This document shows, piece by piece, positions 54,710-63,395 of a DNA stretch of 63,395 bases. Location: assembly GCA_043745785.1 (NCBI GenBank), contig JAYTSG010000033.1:1-63395 (forward strand). Direction: 5' to 3'. The stretch's first letter is position 1; each line of letters opens with the position of its first letter. Source of the DNA: a bacterium (GTDB lineage: Bacteria; Patescibacteriota; Minisyncoccia; Phycocordibacterales; UBA5272). The notes below the pieces were generated by a model, which saw only the letters and a program-made list of their open reading frames with translations, was not told the origin of the DNA and did not search any database. The position numbers and the translations under genes were made by a program.

Positions 54710-55120
54710 TTGTGTTACACTCAAACCATGAAAAAGACACAACATTTTTATGCAACTATGATAAATATGAATATGCCTGCAACTCGCACAGAATGGTGGA
54801 TTATTGCAACACTTTTCTTTTTTCCATGGATTATTTTCGCACCTCTAGTGCTCGTTTCAATGCTCTTCGTTCCTTTCTTTTTTATGAGTCTTCTTTCTTT
54901 TGTGCTCAGTCTTTTTCTTGTTCCTCTTCTTTTTCTAATAACCCTTGTGTCGATTTTTGCTTGTCTACAGGTGCTCTATGTTATTGTTTCGCTACGTCGA
55001 TATAAAGATTTAGGAAAAAGTGGTCTCTGGTTTTTTGTTATATTCATTCCAGTTATTGGTTCACTTTGGCAGATAGTAGAGCTTGGTTTTATTAAAGGGA
55101 AAATAGGTCATCACTCATAA
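54710..55120 (+). CDS. DUF805-family membrane protein
   Basis: RTEWW... and RRYKDLGKSGLWFF...IPVIGSLW patterns; start may be 54728. Confidence 0.6.
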   Translation: MCYTQTMKKTQHFYATMINMNMPATRTEWWIIATLFFFPWIIFAPLVLVSMLFVPFFFMSLLSFVLSLFLVPLLFLITLVSIFACLQVLYVIVSLRRYKDLGKSGLWFFVIFIPVIGSLWQIVELGFIKGKIGHHS

Positions 55121-55328
55121 AGAAGAGTTGCGATATTTTTTCTGCGCGTTATACTACAAAGTAGGTACTCGGACATTTTATCCTTCGCACATTCCGGGCT
55201 ATGAGACATTGAAGTTTGCTGAGGCATATTTCTTTCTCTGCCCACCTGAAATATTTTCAGGTAATGTGCCCGAGTGCCGAGCAATTGCGCCCACTCTTGT
55301 GGGCGCTTTTGCATGGTATACTTTTGCG

Positions 55329-55697
55329 ATGAAGGGAGCATTTTTGTTTCTTTGCGGAATCATCGTTATGGTAGGTATTTCTCACTTTGTGTTTGAAAGA
55401 CTTCATCTGTACGATGAGTTTTTATGGCTTGATATTCCGATGCATTTCATCGGAGGTTTTCTGATATTTGGTTGTGTCGAAAGCTTGTTGCGAGCATGTA
55501 AGGTGAAGCATGATTTTTTGCTCACCATATCCATTTTTCTCATTTGCGCGAGTATTTGGGAGCTAAATGAATATTTCGTGAGACATGTCACCGAACGTAG
55601 CTGGTATGGATTCTTCGATACTATTAAAGATTACTGTGTAGGAGTTTTTGGATTTACCCTCGGGTACTATATACTTTATATTAAAAAATATTTATGA
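55329..55697 (+). CDS. Hypothetical membrane protein
   Basis: Start chosen at MKGAFLF, after hairpin gcgcccac-tctt-gtgggcgc (55289-55308); 4 TM-like helices. Confidence 0.45.
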   Translation: MKGAFLFLCGIIVMVGISHFVFERLHLYDEFLWLDIPMHFIGGFLIFGCVESLLRACKVKHDFLLTISIFLICASIWELNEYFVRHVTERSWYGFFDTIKDYCVGVFGFTLGYYILYIKKYL

Positions 55698-57058
55698 AAA
55701 TTTCATTTTTAGGTGGTGAGGGGACGGCGACAGGGTCGCTTTTCTTGATAGAAATTGGTGGTAAAAAAATACTCATTGATTGTGGTCTGTATCAAGGGGA
55801 AAAGTATGGTTCAGATTTAAACAGAGAGGATTTTACTTTTGAGCCAAACGATATTACGTATCTCTTTGTGACACATGCTCACCTTGATCATGTGGGAAGA
55901 ATACCTAAAATGGTACATGAAGGATTTAATGGACAAATTATTAGTACGGCACCAACGAGAGATATGGCAGAGCTTATTCTACTCGACTCGTATCGTATTC
56001 TTTCAAAAGAAGCACTTCGTGATAATCTCCCTCCTCTCTATGAGGAAAAAGACGTACTTGCTGCATTGCCTCTCTGGAAAACAATTGACTATCATGAAAA
56101 GTACATTTTTGACACCAGTGATGGTCCTGTGACTATTGAACTTTATAATTCTGGTCACATACTTGGCTCAGCTATTGTCGTTATTGAACATCAAGGAAAG
56201 AGAATCGCCCTCACTGGCGACCTCGGTAACACTCCTTCTCCGTTGATGCAAGAAACAGAGGTTCCTGAAGATCTGGATTATCTTGTTTGTGAAAGTGTTT
56301 ATGGTGATAGAAATCATGAAGATTATGATGAGCGAGTAGCACTCCTTAAAGAGGCTATTGTTTCAACGGTGAAGCGTGGAGGTGTGCTAATGGTTCCTAC
56401 TTTTTCTATAGAACGTGCCCAAGAAATGCTCTATTATCTTGAACAAATGATTAAAAATGGCGAAATACCAAGACTTCCTATTTTTCTTGATTCACCACTT
56501 GCTATCAATATTACTAAGGTGTATAAAAAATATGAAAATCTTTTTAACAATACAGCACAGGATATTATTAAAAACGGTGATGATATTTTTGCTTTCCCAG
56601 GACTCGTCCAAACAGTGACCGCTGATGAAAGTAAGCAAATACTCCATTCACCAAATCCTAAAATTATCCTTGCTGGGAGTGGTATGAGTAATGGTGGACG
56701 AATACTTCATCATGAAAGAAACTATTTACCATTCCATGAAAATAGTCTTTTACTCGTAGGGTATCAGGCAGTAGGAACTCTCGGCAGATTACTCCAAGAA
56801 GGCGAGAAGAAAATATTTATGAAAGGTGAAGAAGTAAAAGTTGAAGCTCGTATCTTACAGATACATGGTTTTAGTGCTCACAAAGACTCTGATCACCTTC
56901 TCGAATGGGTGAGTAAAGTAGCAGAAAAAGGAAGACTCAAGAAAATATACTTTGTGCTTGGTGAACCAAAAAGTTCTATGTATATTGCTCAGCGTGTGCG
57001 TGAACATACAGGTATATCCGTCTCTGTGCCAGAAAGGGGAGAGTCGTTCACACTTTAA
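55694..57058 (+). CDS. Beta-CASP metallo-beta-lactamase-fold ribonuclease
   Basis: HAHLDHVGRIP motif and beta-CASP-like C-terminal half. Confidence 0.75.
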   Translation: MKISFLGGEGTATGSLFLIEIGGKKILIDCGLYQGEKYGSDLNREDFTFEPNDITYLFVTHAHLDHVGRIPKMVHEGFNGQIISTAPTRDMAELILLDSYRILSKEALRDNLPPLYEEKDVLAALPLWKTIDYHEKYIFDTSDGPVTIELYNSGHILGSAIVVIEHQGKRIALTGDLGNTPSPLMQETEVPEDLDYLVCESVYGDRNHEDYDERVALLKEAIVSTVKRGGVLMVPTFSIERAQEMLYYLEQMIKNGEIPRLPIFLDSPLAINITKVYKKYENLFNNTAQDIIKNGDDIFAFPGLVQTVTADESKQILHSPNPKIILAGSGMSNGGRILHHERNYLPFHENSLLLVGYQAVGTLGRLLQEGEKKIFMKGEEVKVEARILQIHGFSAHKDSDHLLEWVSKVAEKGRLKKIYFVLGEPKSSMYIAQRVREHTGISVSVPERGESFTL

Positions 57059-57084
57059 GAGGAAGCTGTAGTATACTTTCCTTT

Positions 57085-57534
57085 ATGAAAACAGTATTTG
57101 TTATTGCTATTGTCTCAAAACTGTATGACGCCTACAAAGACGAGAAAAAAATTTCCCTTAAAAGAGAGCTTGGCTCTTTACTCGCAAAAAAAAGATTATC
57201 GGTGCTCGCTGATTTTTCACCGATGGCTCAGTATGTAAAAGAGTCAATTCTTGCAGAAGGAGGGACGTTGACGTCCATTTCACCAGCAAGTAAAAGAGAG
57301 GAACATGTCTCTGTCTTTCGCTTAGATACACTTCCAGGTGAAGTAGTTATCTATGCAGGCCTTGGACAGCATACTACCTTTTTGACACTGCTTCGTAGTG
57401 CGGATATAGTGATTTGTCTTGACGAAGTATCATTTTGTGATGCGACGATTCTTTTCCAAGAAGGAGTAGTGAAAGAGGTAAAAGAACTCAACCTTGAGAC
57501 ATTGAAATATGTTAAGGGACTTGGCACAGAGTAA
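57085..57534 (+). CDS. Hypothetical protein (possibly SLOG/LOG-like Rossmann fold)
   Basis: 149-aa ORF; weak resemblance only. Confidence 0.35.
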   Translation: MKTVFVIAIVSKLYDAYKDEKKISLKRELGSLLAKKRLSVLADFSPMAQYVKESILAEGGTLTSISPASKREEHVSVFRLDTLPGEVVIYAGLGQHTTFLTLLRSADIVICLDEVSFCDATILFQEGVVKEVKELNLETLKYVKGLGTE

Positions 57535-57602
57535 TCATTGCTCAGTACATATAGAACGGTTCTTATGGAGTAATTCTAGATATCCCTTAGCTAAGTAACT
57601 TA

Positions 57603-57644
57603 CTCAAAACAAAATCGCTCCTTACGGAGCGATTTTGTTTTGAG
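57603..57644. terminator. Bidirectional terminator
   Basis: ctcaaaacaaaatcgctcc-ttac-ggagcgattttgttttgag, 19-bp perfect stem. Confidence 0.8.
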
Positions 57645-57647
57645 TGT

Positions 57648-57995
57648 CTATGCTGTAACGACAGCAACGATTTTCTTGAATGTTTCAGGATTTTCTGCTG
57701 CTAGGATGGAAAGTATCTTACGATCAATTTGCATATTCTTAACAGTCGCAAGAGCTATGAATCTACTGTAAGTAATACCTATTTCTCGGAGAGCTGCATT
57801 TAATCTCACGGTAAAGAGGCGACGCATGTCGGTCTTCTTGTCTTTTCTATGAGAAAAAGCATGAGCTCCAGCGTGGCGAAGTGCTACTTTTGCCTCTACT
57901 TCTTTCTTGCTTCTTCCAAAACGGTAACCTTTTGCAGCTTTAAGCACGTTTCTACGGTGCTTCATGGCCATGAGGCCTCTTTTAACGCGTGACAT
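57648..57995 (-). CDS. rplT: 50S ribosomal protein L20
   Basis: MSRVKRGLMAMKHRRNVLKAAKGYRFGRS. Confidence 0.9.
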   Translation of the reverse strand: MSRVKRGLMAMKHRRNVLKAAKGYRFGRSKKEVEAKVALRHAGAHAFSHRKDKKTDMRRLFTVRLNAALREIGITYSRFIALATVKNMQIDRKILSILAAENPETFKKIVAVVTA

Positions 57996-58028
57996 ATCTT
58001 TTCTTGTACAATTTAATAAATTACCTAA

Positions 58029-58220
58029 CTATTTAAGAAGACCTGGAAGGAAACGAGATTTCTCTTTTCCTGTCATATGGAATTCTTGGGGTCTTTTTGC
58101 AGAAAGCTGCTTACTTCTCTTCGCTTTTGCATTGAAGTGATTAATTCCTGGCTTGCGCGAAAGGATTTTACCATTCTTTGTTATTCGAAGACGCTTGAGA
58201 AATGATTTGTTCGTTTTCAT
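58029..58220 (-). CDS. rpmI: 50S ribosomal protein L35
   Basis: MKTNKSFLKRLRITKNGKILSRKPG. Confidence 0.85.
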   Translation of the reverse strand: MKTNKSFLKRLRITKNGKILSRKPGINHFNAKAKRSKQLSAKRPQEFHMTGKEKSRFLPGLLK

Positions 58221-58289
58221 ACCGTACCTTTGTGTGTAATTTGCCTATTCTATCATAAAAATAAAGAGGAATCAAGAGACTTTCCTACT

Positions 58290-58802
58290 TTACTTTGCTT
58301 TTTCAATAACGATCATATAGCTCTTGGGAACTTTTTTTAGGGGTTCAGCTATTTTGTATTCTGCGGGGATCACCGCCAGTATTCTGTCCATGCGTTCACG
58401 AAGGAATGAGTCTTCCATATACTTTGTTCTTCCTTTGAGTTGCATTTCTATTTTGACGCGATGTCCTTCTTTGAGCCATTCTGCGGCCTGTTTGGCTTTA
58501 ATAAAAATATCATGCTCTGATATGCCGACAGAAATTTGTATATTCTTAGTCTCAGTAATGTGTGACTTTGCTTTTACTTCTTTTTGTTTTTTAGACTGTT
58601 CGAACATGTACTTCCCGTAATCAGTGATACGAGCGACAGGGGGTTCTGCGTTCGGAGAAACTTCGATGAGATCGAGCTTGAGTGCTTTTGCTTGCTCAAG
58701 CGCTACTTCTTTAGAAAGAACACCGAAGTTTTCACCTTGGGGTCCGATGACACGAAGAGTCAGTGCGCGAATTTGTTGATTGATGGAAACTTTAGTAGAC
58801 AA
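58290..58802 (-). CDS. infC: Translation initiation factor IF-3 (TTG start)
   Basis: INQQIRALTLRVIGPQGENFGV start; infC-rpmI-rplT order. Confidence 0.85.
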   Translation of the reverse strand: MSTKVSINQQIRALTLRVIGPQGENFGVLSKEVALEQAKALKLDLIEVSPNAEPPVARITDYGKYMFEQSKKQKEVKAKSHITETKNIQISVGISEHDIFIKAKQAAEWLKEGHRVKIEMQLKGRTKYMEDSFLRERMDRILAVIPAEYKIAEPLKKVPKSYMIVIEKAK

Positions 58803-58914
58803 AGTGTTTATAGTTATTTCTTAGTAAGTAAAGTGTATTATACAACATTTTTGTCGATTTGAAAATAACTAAAAGCAATTAAATTATTCTGGACATTAGT
58901 TGGAGTTGTATTTG

Positions 58915-59733
58915 CTAGTATCCTTTTTTTGGAGGAAAAGGTAAAAATGCATTCGTCTTTTTTGCATACGCTTCCCATTCTTTATCACCACGCCATCTTT
59001 TTTCTACCATAGGTATACCGCTGACAAAGAGTAAAAGTGTCGTAATGAGTAAAGGAGAGAGATAAACGATGAAGCTGCTACCCCCTCCAAAGCTGATGGT
59101 CGCCAGCCCTAACCACATCATTGATTCCCCAAAATAGTTAGGGTGTCTAGTGTAGGCGAAAAGACCTGTAGTAAGAAATCTGAGACCATGTTTGTTTCGT
59201 TTGGCAATAAAGCTATCGAGCTGTGCATCTCCTACCGCTTCAAAGAAGAATCCAAGCATCCAGAGTAGTATTCCTATACAAGAAAGAACTGAAATAGTGG
59301 TTCCTGTGAGAGAGAGTGTGAAGGGGAGTAACACTAAAGAAATGATAAATGCCTGCAAGACATATATTTGCAGATAGCTACGCAGTATACAATAAAGCTT
59401 CCCGTACCTTGACCATTCTATGCGCCAAACTGCATAACGGAAATCTTCTTCCTTGTTTTTGTTTCTTTTGTATATTCTCATCGCAAGACGAGATCCCCAA
59501 ATAAGTATGAGAAAAAGGAGTAGGAGTGAAATAAAAGGTAAGCCCTTCTGTGTTATAGCAATATAGGAAAGAATAATACTGGTAAAAATAAAACAGAGAC
59601 CATAACCTATATCCATGATGCTATTATTTTTAATACGCAAGGCGAGTGAAAAAATAAGAGTAGTAAAAAGAAGCGAGAGAATAAATGAAAGGGTGTAGAT
59701 TACAGGTAGTACCATAAGTAAAGTATATAGCAA
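58915..59733 (-). CDS. DUF1295 / steroid-5-alpha-reductase-like membrane protein
   Basis: TRHPNYFGESMMWLGLA motif; polytopic. Confidence 0.65.
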   Translation of the reverse strand: MLYTLLMVLPVIYTLSFILSLLFTTLIFSLALRIKNNSIMDIGYGLCFIFTSIILSYIAITQKGLPFISLLLLFLILIWGSRLAMRIYKRNKNKEEDFRYAVWRIEWSRYGKLYCILRSYLQIYVLQAFIISLVLLPFTLSLTGTTISVLSCIGILLWMLGFFFEAVGDAQLDSFIAKRNKHGLRFLTTGLFAYTRHPNYFGESMMWLGLATISFGGGSSFIVYLSPLLITTLLLFVSGIPMVEKRWRGDKEWEAYAKKTNAFLPFPPKKGY

Positions 59734-60044
59734 TTTGAGTTTATTGCATCTATTTTATTGACATTTACCGGAAACTTTTATTGAATACTACTAAAAATAT
59801 TCGTACCATTTTCATCAACGCCAATAAGAAATGAGTTCTTGGTAAGAGAGACATCCCCCTTCCTGAGGTAGGAAATGGTCTTCTAAAGAAAAAGAGTAAG
59901 CACTAAGAATTTTTTCATGAGATAAAGAGGAGAAACTTATATAACTTCTCGTCATGCCATGGGCATTTATTGTGATTGGAATGAACAGTAAATTTCATCA
60001 GACTCCTTCTTTTCATGAGACTCACAAGTTATTAGCTTTCTCAA

Positions 60045-60260
60045 GACATTTAGGGTCTTTCCGTCGCAAGTACTCGCGAGCTCATCTCGCTTGTTTTAGT
60101 TTTGTCTTGAACCCAACAAAACTAAAACATAGCTGCGACCGTTCGAATCCTCACAGACGTGAGCGTCTCCCAATATGATTCTCTAATCAGCGGTTCACGT
60201 CTTCCATCTCCACAGAAAATAAAAGTGCGACACCTTTCGGTGTCGCACTTTTATTTTCTG
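60045..60260 (-). repeat. tmRNA-matched module
   Basis: 31-bp perfect palindrome 60204-60234/60239-60269 includes the tmRNA 3' end; on the minus strand tgggagacgc, hairpin ctcac-gtct-gtgag, ggattcgaacgg (antisense T-arm), then atgttttagttttg...caaaactaaaac hairpin and gtacttgcgacggaaag as in M1. Confidence 0.55.
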
Positions 60261-60654
60261 TGGAGATGGGCGGATTCGAACCGCCGTGTACAAAAGGGTA
60301 AGGGTAGCATCTACGTTACGTAGTTTGCTTTTATATGTCTCGACATCCTCCTCTAAAAAACAAACCAAATGAGAAAGATGTCAAAGCACATTGTTTCGGA
60401 ATTTCTCTGTGCGTGTAGAAGTTCCTACGCTCGTAAGTATATTGCCCACACTTTCTCTTACGAGTAAAGAAAAAGGGGACACCAGGTTGGCGTATTACGC
60501 GAACGCTGGAGCAAATCCGAACGCCATATATGGTGAAGGGATAGCCTTAGCAGTTTTGTTTGCACAAAATTGTTACAACAAGCTTAACGAAATTTGTTGC
60601 CACTTCGGTGACGCACTACCTCTACCTTTTTTGTATCGATACCAGTACATCCCC
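60261..60654 (-). ncRNA. ssrA: tmRNA (SsrA)
   Basis: 5' GGGGAUG pairs with 3' CAUCUCC-A including G3:U; T-arm ggcggttcgaatccgcc; tag ORF 60563..60495 encodes ANKTAKAIPSPYMAFGFAPAFA*; lies downstream of smpB. Confidence 0.85.
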
Positions 60655-60735
60655 GTGTACAAGCTGTAAGCTCTGAGACACAAGCTTCAAGCTTTTTGAA
60701 TTAAACCTATATTTATAAACCAAACTTGATGTCTC

Positions 60736-61179
60736 TTAGACAGAGTGACTTATATTTCTTAAATCACGTTTACTTTCTTTTTCTTTCAAACTTTCCCGTT
60801 TGTCACCTTTAGTTTTTCTTTTCCCTAAAGCAAAACGGATTTTGATAAGCAGACCTTTACTGTACAACGAAAGAGGAATCATTGTCAAGTGTTTATTTTC
60901 AGATTCACGGTAAAGATCTTCTATTTCTTTTTTAGAGAGAAGAAGTTTACGGACTCGGTGTGCGTCATAGTCTTTACCAGCATTAAGAACTTGATAGGGT
61001 GGTACAAACATGCCTACAATAAAAACCTCGCCACCACGAACTATCACGCGCGCACCATCTAGCGATCCATGTTTTTGTTTAAGACTCTTGACCTCTTGAC
61101 CGGTGAGTTTGATTCCCGCCTCAAAAGATTCTTGTAGTTCAAAATCTAACCCTGCTTTTTTATTTTCAACAAATGACAT
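60736..61179 (-). CDS. smpB: SsrA-binding protein SmpB
   Basis: NKKAGLDFELQESFEAGIKLTGQEVKSL and basic C-terminal tail. Confidence 0.9.
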   Translation of the reverse strand: MSFVENKKAGLDFELQESFEAGIKLTGQEVKSLKQKHGSLDGARVIVRGGEVFIVGMFVPPYQVLNAGKDYDAHRVRKLLLSKKEIEDLYRESENKHLTMIPLSLYSKGLLIKIRFALGKRKTKGDKRESLKEKESKRDLRNISHSV

Positions 61180-61242
61180 AATTCGATTATATCATGGACT
61201 AAAGTTCTACATTTAGCTCTTGATTTGGTATAATAGGGGCAT

Positions 61243-63150
61243 ATGTCTAAAAAGGTAACAAGTAAAGTGAAGGATTTGCTGAAAAAAGGTGATGTAAAAG
61301 GAGATACCCCATTTGGAACGCTCTTTAAACAGTTTCTCATAGTCGTGCTAGTTATTACTGCACTCACCTTTATGTATGGTCGTTTGACGAAGAAGAAGGA
61401 GACAGAAGTTATCTCGCTCGGAGCACTTTCCTCACTTGTAACAGCAAAACAAGTGAAACAAATAGAAGTGTACGACAATGATTTAGAGGTGCTTAAAATA
61501 GACGGGACTAAGTTACTAGCTCATAAAGAAAAAGAGTTATCTGCTTCAGAGACGCTCCTCTCTTATGGAGTAAGTACAACAACTCTTGCGAGTACTAGTC
61601 TCTTGGTGAAGGGTCAGACGGCTAGTACTGTTCTACTTGCAATGCTACCAATACTACTCCCATTCCTTTTTATAGGTTTTACCATTTGGTGGCTCGCTCG
61701 CGGCGTCAAGGGTGCAAATATGCAAGCATTATCTTTTGGACAAAGTAAAGCAAAGGTGATCATGCCGGATGACACCGCAAAGAAAGTCCTCTTTAAAGAT
61801 GTAGCAGGTGTCAAAGAAGCAAAAGAAGAATTGACAGAAGTTGTCGACTTTCTTCGTAATCCTAAAAAGTTTACCGAGATTGGAGCAGAAATACCAAAAG
61901 GCGTACTTCTGATGGGTGCGCCAGGAACGGGTAAGACTATGCTTGCTCGTGCTGTGGCAGGAGAAGCAGGGGTTCCGTTCTTTCATCTTTCTGGAAGTGA
62001 GTTTGAAGAAATGTTTGTCGGTATTGGTGCAGCACGCGTACGAGACCTCTTTGATATGGCAAAGAAGCAGGCTCCATCAATTATTTTTATTGATGAAATA
62101 GATGCTATTGGACGCGCTCGATCGACGAGTATGGGGGGGCAAGGTGAAGCTCGCGAGCAGACACTTAATCAGATACTTGTTGAAATGGACGGTTTTGAGA
62201 AAAAAGAAAATGTTATCGTCATGGCGGCAACTAATAGACCGGACGTACTCGACTCTGCACTGCTTCGCCCTGGACGATTTGATAGAAGAGTCACACTTGA
62301 TTTGCCAGACAGATTAGATAGAGTAGAAATACTGAAGGCACACATCAAAGATAAACCACTCGCAGAAGATGTCAATTTTCAAACCATTGCCGAGCGTACG
62401 CCAGGCTTTTCTGGAGCAGATTTGTATTCACTGATGAATGAAGGTGCCATCCTCGCAGCTCGTGAAGGTAGAAATAAAGTAGCCCAATTTGATCTCGTTC
62501 GCTCTATTGAAAAAGTGATGCTTGGTCCTGAGCGAAAGAGTCATGTGCTGTCACTGAAGGAAAAGAGAATCACTGCATACCATGAGGCAGGACACGCTCT
62601 TGTTGCTTCGATGTTGCCTGATGCTGACCCTGTGCACAAAATATCTATCATCGCTCGCGGTCGCGCTGGAGGCTATACGCTGAAGCTTCCCTTTGATGAG
62701 AAAAGACTTATGAGTAAGCGTGCATTCTTAGATGATATTGCGATGTCTCTTGGTGGATATGTTGCAGAAAAGCTTGTCTTTGGAGATTTAACAACGGGGC
62801 CATCAAATGACTTACAGGTAGCGACAGCTCTTGCAAGAGATATGGTGACTAAATACGGCATGAGTGATTTACTCGGTCCGATAGCGCTCGAAGGAGATGG
62901 ATCAGCTCTCTATGGCAGGGGAATGTACGGCAAAGAATACAGCGAAGAAATGGGGGCGAAGATAGATAGTGAAGTCAAGCGCATCATGAATGAAAACTGG
63001 GAAAGGGCAACAAAGATACTGACCGAAAAAAGATCAGCGCTCAACTCTATTGCTGAGGAACTTATTAGGGTAGAAAACATTGAAAGAGAAGAATTTGAAA
63101 AGCTCCTTATTTTAAATGGTATTGTTCCAAAGAAGAGGGAAGTGGAGTAA
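61243..63150 (+). CDS. ftsH: ATP-dependent zinc metalloprotease FtsH
   Basis: Two N-terminal TMs, Walker [12 protein letters not shown] region, HEAGHA zinc motif. Confidence 0.95.
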   Translation: MSKKVTSKVKDLLKKGDVKGDTPFGTLFKQFLIVVLVITALTFMYGRLTKKKETEVISLGALSSLVTAKQVKQIEVYDNDLEVLKIDGTKLLAHKEKELSASETLLSYGVSTTTLASTSLLVKGQTASTVLLAMLPILLPFLFIGFTIWWLARGVKGANMQALSFGQSKAKVIMPDDTAKKVLFKDVAGVKEAKEELTEVVDFLRNPKKFTEIGAEIPKGVLLMGAPGTGKTMLARAVAGEAGVPFFHLSGSEFEEMFVGIGAARVRDLFDMAKKQAPSIIFIDEIDAIGRARSTSMGGQGEAREQTLNQILVEMDGFEKKENVIVMAATNRPDVLDSALLRPGRFDRRVTLDLPDRLDRVEILKAHIKDKPLAEDVNFQTIAERTPGFSGADLYSLMNEGAILAAREGRNKVAQFDLVRSIEKVMLGPERKSHVLSLKEKRITAYHEAGHALVASMLPDADPVHKISIIARGRAGGYTLKLPFDEKRLMSKRAFLDDIAMSLGGYVAEKLVFGDLTTGPSNDLQVATALARDMVTKYGMSDLLGPIALEGDGSALYGRGMYGKEYSEEMGAKIDSEVKRIMNENWERATKILTEKRSALNSIAEELIRVENIEREEFEKLLILNGIVPKKREVE

Positions 63151-63176
63151 TCTCTTTAGTATATAATACCGGAAAC

Positions 63177-63395
63177 TTGTAATTAAAAATGTATGAATAA
63201 GTACATTCAAACTAGGTACACTAGGATCTAGCTTTCTGATTTATAGACTTGGATATCGAACTGATTACTCATCACTAGGGATGATATTAGTACATCAGGC
63301 ATGACAGATACAGATACAGATACAGACCTGGATACCAGATAGTTTTTGAGTACAAAATACTTCTGGTATGACAAATACTTGAACACAGAGAAATA
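63177..63395 (+). repeat. Dispersed repeat R2, copy 2 (runs to the window edge), with an internal (agatac)n microsatellite
   Basis: Shares ordered blocks with 40200-40318; extra segment includes gacagatacagatacagatacagac, about 63304-63327. Confidence 0.5.

Noticed and set aside
1-63395. Alternative genetic code (UGA recoding, as in some candidate phyla)
   Set aside because: TGA ends argS at the expected C-terminus. TAG ends rplK and TAA ends most genes. Long conserved proteins are uninterrupted under code 11.

Overview
63.4-kb window from a low-GC, gene-dense bacterial genome. Many short housekeeping genes, many signal-peptide or TM-anchored hypothetical proteins, decayed biosynthetic genes and mostly CCA-less tRNA genes fit a reduced-genome Patescibacteria/CPR-like organism (inference). 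The genetic code is standard: TAA, TAG and TGA each terminate confident genes. Recognisable content: partial RND pump, fpg-ruvA, rpsT, ruvX, rluA-type synthase, rplS, FMN-binding protein plus apbE, murE-type ligase, P-type ATPase, DedA, ABC-2 transporter, secE-nusG-rplK, dcd/thyX/tmk/dut cluster, argS, T-box plus ileS, recO, metG, tatD, rpsF-ssb-rpsR, ndk, beta-CASP nuclease, infC-rpmI-rplT, smpB plus tmRNA, ftsH, and 7 tRNAs. Main hunt result: a family of roughly 150-260-nt structured modules sits next to tRNA-Arg, tRNA-Leu, tRNA-His (several copies), tRNA-Val and tmRNA. The modules share a scaffold of hairpins that show compensatory base changes between copies. In each copy, defined blocks are rewritten as antisense and sense copies of the 3' end of that locus' own tRNA or tmRNA. 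They come with 27-33-bp perfect palindromes that include the acceptor 3' strand, and with direct repeats of tRNA 3' ends that bracket small cargo genes. No recombinase is visible in the window, so any mobility or guide function is hypothesis only. Other notable items: a histidine-phosphatase (RHG) domain inserted inside IleRS; a high-GC four-gene dCTP-to-dTDP island at a synteny break after rplK; a decayed pyrG and several other pseudogenes; and two further dispersed repeat families, one lying between the ileS T-box terminator and the ileS start codon.
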